This document shows, in pieces, positions 62,540-64,000 of a stretch of 64,000 nt of DNA. Each line of letters starts with the position of its first letter. The first letter of the stretch is position 1. Origin of the DNA: Dudresnaya verticillata. Its lineage: Eukaryota. Both the position numbers and the translations under genes were made by a program. The stretch covers positions 1,054,001 to 1,118,000 of the forward strand of contig OZ374563.1 of NCBI GenBank assembly GCA_977862235.1, written 5' to 3'. The notes under the pieces were generated by a model that worked only from the letters and a program-made list of their open reading frames with translations, did not search any database and was not told the DNA's origin.

Positions 62540-64000
62540 GATGGTGGATATCTTTTCGATAGGTTCGACAAGATCAATTACGCCGAAGCAATCACGTAGA
62601 TGCACCTATTGAGGTTTGTTGCAAACTCTTCACCCTCGGTCAAGGGCTGGGCGTTTTGATAAGGCGAGGTGGTAGGGTTCTAGAGCACTCGAGAAGAGGT
62701 TTTGAATAGCTCCACACAGTGCCTTCTTTGAGTTCGAGCTTGGGAAGGGCGAGGAGAGGTTGAGGACTGTTCAGACTGTATGCTGAATTTTACTCAACAC
62801 GGTGGGTGTGAGTGAGGTCGTTGTTGTAAGTCTATTGAAAGTTTGCTTTGATGGATTCAATTTGAAGTATACAGACGAAAGAAGAGTTGCAATTTGACGC
62901 GCAGTGCATGTGGATTGTCCTTGTTTTAGTGGGATGTTTTCATGATCTCGATTCATCTGACAATAACGCAATAATGCTTTCTGTTGTAACGTGGTATACG
63001 CGGAAGACCACGATTGTCTTGAGTTGGGAAGCACGGTTTCTTTTATGAAGGATAATGCGGCGGGTGAAGCGGCGGAACGGGAAGCCATCCCGTTCTCATA
63101 ACGCACCCGCCGCTTTATCCTTCCCTACGCACTCTCCCCTGTTAGTCGGCCACCCACTCCCTTCCGTCAGCCACAACCTCCATAAGCCTCGACCAGGACA
63201 TCGTTCTCTACAGCTCGTTGTAGGCACCTGAGCTGAGTCAGGAGGGAGTCACACTAGAATGTAGCAATTGGCATACCTGCGCTCCGCGGCGAGCTGTTGG
63301 CCAAAGTTTGGTACCTGCGCTGATCTACTGTACCACTCTAAATGCCGCCTCCGCCCGCCGACCGTTCCAGCGCTAATGCGCCACACAACACGCCTGCCAC
63401 AACTGCTCAACCGCCGCAACGCCCAAACGCTTTGAACTTCAGGAGTCATCTCATCGCTGTTGACTCTGACTCAGCGAGGAAGGATTTTGACTCAGCACTT
63501 CGCAACATTCTACGTGGACGGCAGCGAGGGATATAGTTATCAAATCCTGCTGTCCAGAACTAATCCAAGACCTTGTCTTCTAAAAACGGTTCGCTAAGGT
63601 GCCATACGCGTTGGACGAGATCCAGAGCAATGAGTATGCAGGGAAGATGGCTGGCTGAATGTATGCCATTGCGCTGGAATCGCTGCTGTTTTCAATGACG
63701 ATGTGGACAAGACCGCTGTTGGTTTAGTTGTTCGTAGTTGGTAACGCTGCTGCTGGTGAAGCCAAGGTGCATAAGCAAGGTGCAGAGAACTCTTCATTAA
63801 CTATTGCTACCGCTATTGTCAGAGATGACACTACGGATGTACACGGCGATACTGACGATTTTCCGGAGTAGGCGCCAAGGGTGGTCGAGATAGCTGTGGA
63901 TGGCGCGGGTGCAGTGAAAACTCTCATGAAGGATTGCGCAGCGGGGAGTGCTGATATCAGGTTATTAAGCTTGGCCCAGAAAAAGTAATGTTTTTTATTA

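Larger units (their letters stand above)
1..64000. repeat. Tandem array (macrosatellite/gene array) of a ~3.75-kb unit, ~17 copies, extending beyond both window edges
   Basis: Identical ORFs recur at periods of 3751 (basic unit), 3748 (3-bp deletion copy), 3752 (+C copies), 3762 (+C and +10-bp copies) and 4563 (copy with an 811-bp insertion). Only a handful of SNPs/indels were seen between copies. Confidence 0.99.

Noticed and set aside
1..64000. Unit as an autonomous transposon, Helitron or integrated virus
   Set aside because: No transposase, Rep/helicase, RT, integrase or capsid motif is visible, and no hairpin is followed by a canonical Helitron CTRR end. A non-autonomous origin remains open.
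1..64000. RIP or methylation-driven C>T decay of the repeats
   Set aside because: Copies are almost identical, CpG is abundant, and the few SNPs seen are of mixed types.

Overview
The whole window is one head-to-tail tandem array of a ~3.75-kb unit (about 17 near-identical copies, running off both ends). It looks eukaryotic: an intronless gene with a Kozak-like ATG, an AATAAA motif, and a non-LTR retroelement. Each unit carries one credible minus-strand gene of about 628 aa from the first ATG. The protein has a Q/P-rich low-complexity N-terminus, a 10-aa coding minisatellite, an 8-Cys atypical PHD/ADD-like zinc finger, a basic K/R/S-rich region and an acidic-hydrophobic tail. Copies 1-6 keep the frame. 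Copies 7-17 share a +C frameshift, and five of these (7-10, 16) also carry a 10-bp duplication that truncates the protein before the finger. One unit holds an 801-bp, 5'-truncated RLE-type (CRE/R2-like) non-LTR retrotransposon at 48190-48990, with a 10-bp TSD, a (TC)n tail and an uninterrupted zinc-knuckle/endonuclease frame. The intergenic part of each unit has two conspicuous inverted-repeat clusters. Variants were found by eye, so further SNPs may have been missed. Organism and protein functions cannot be fixed without database searches.
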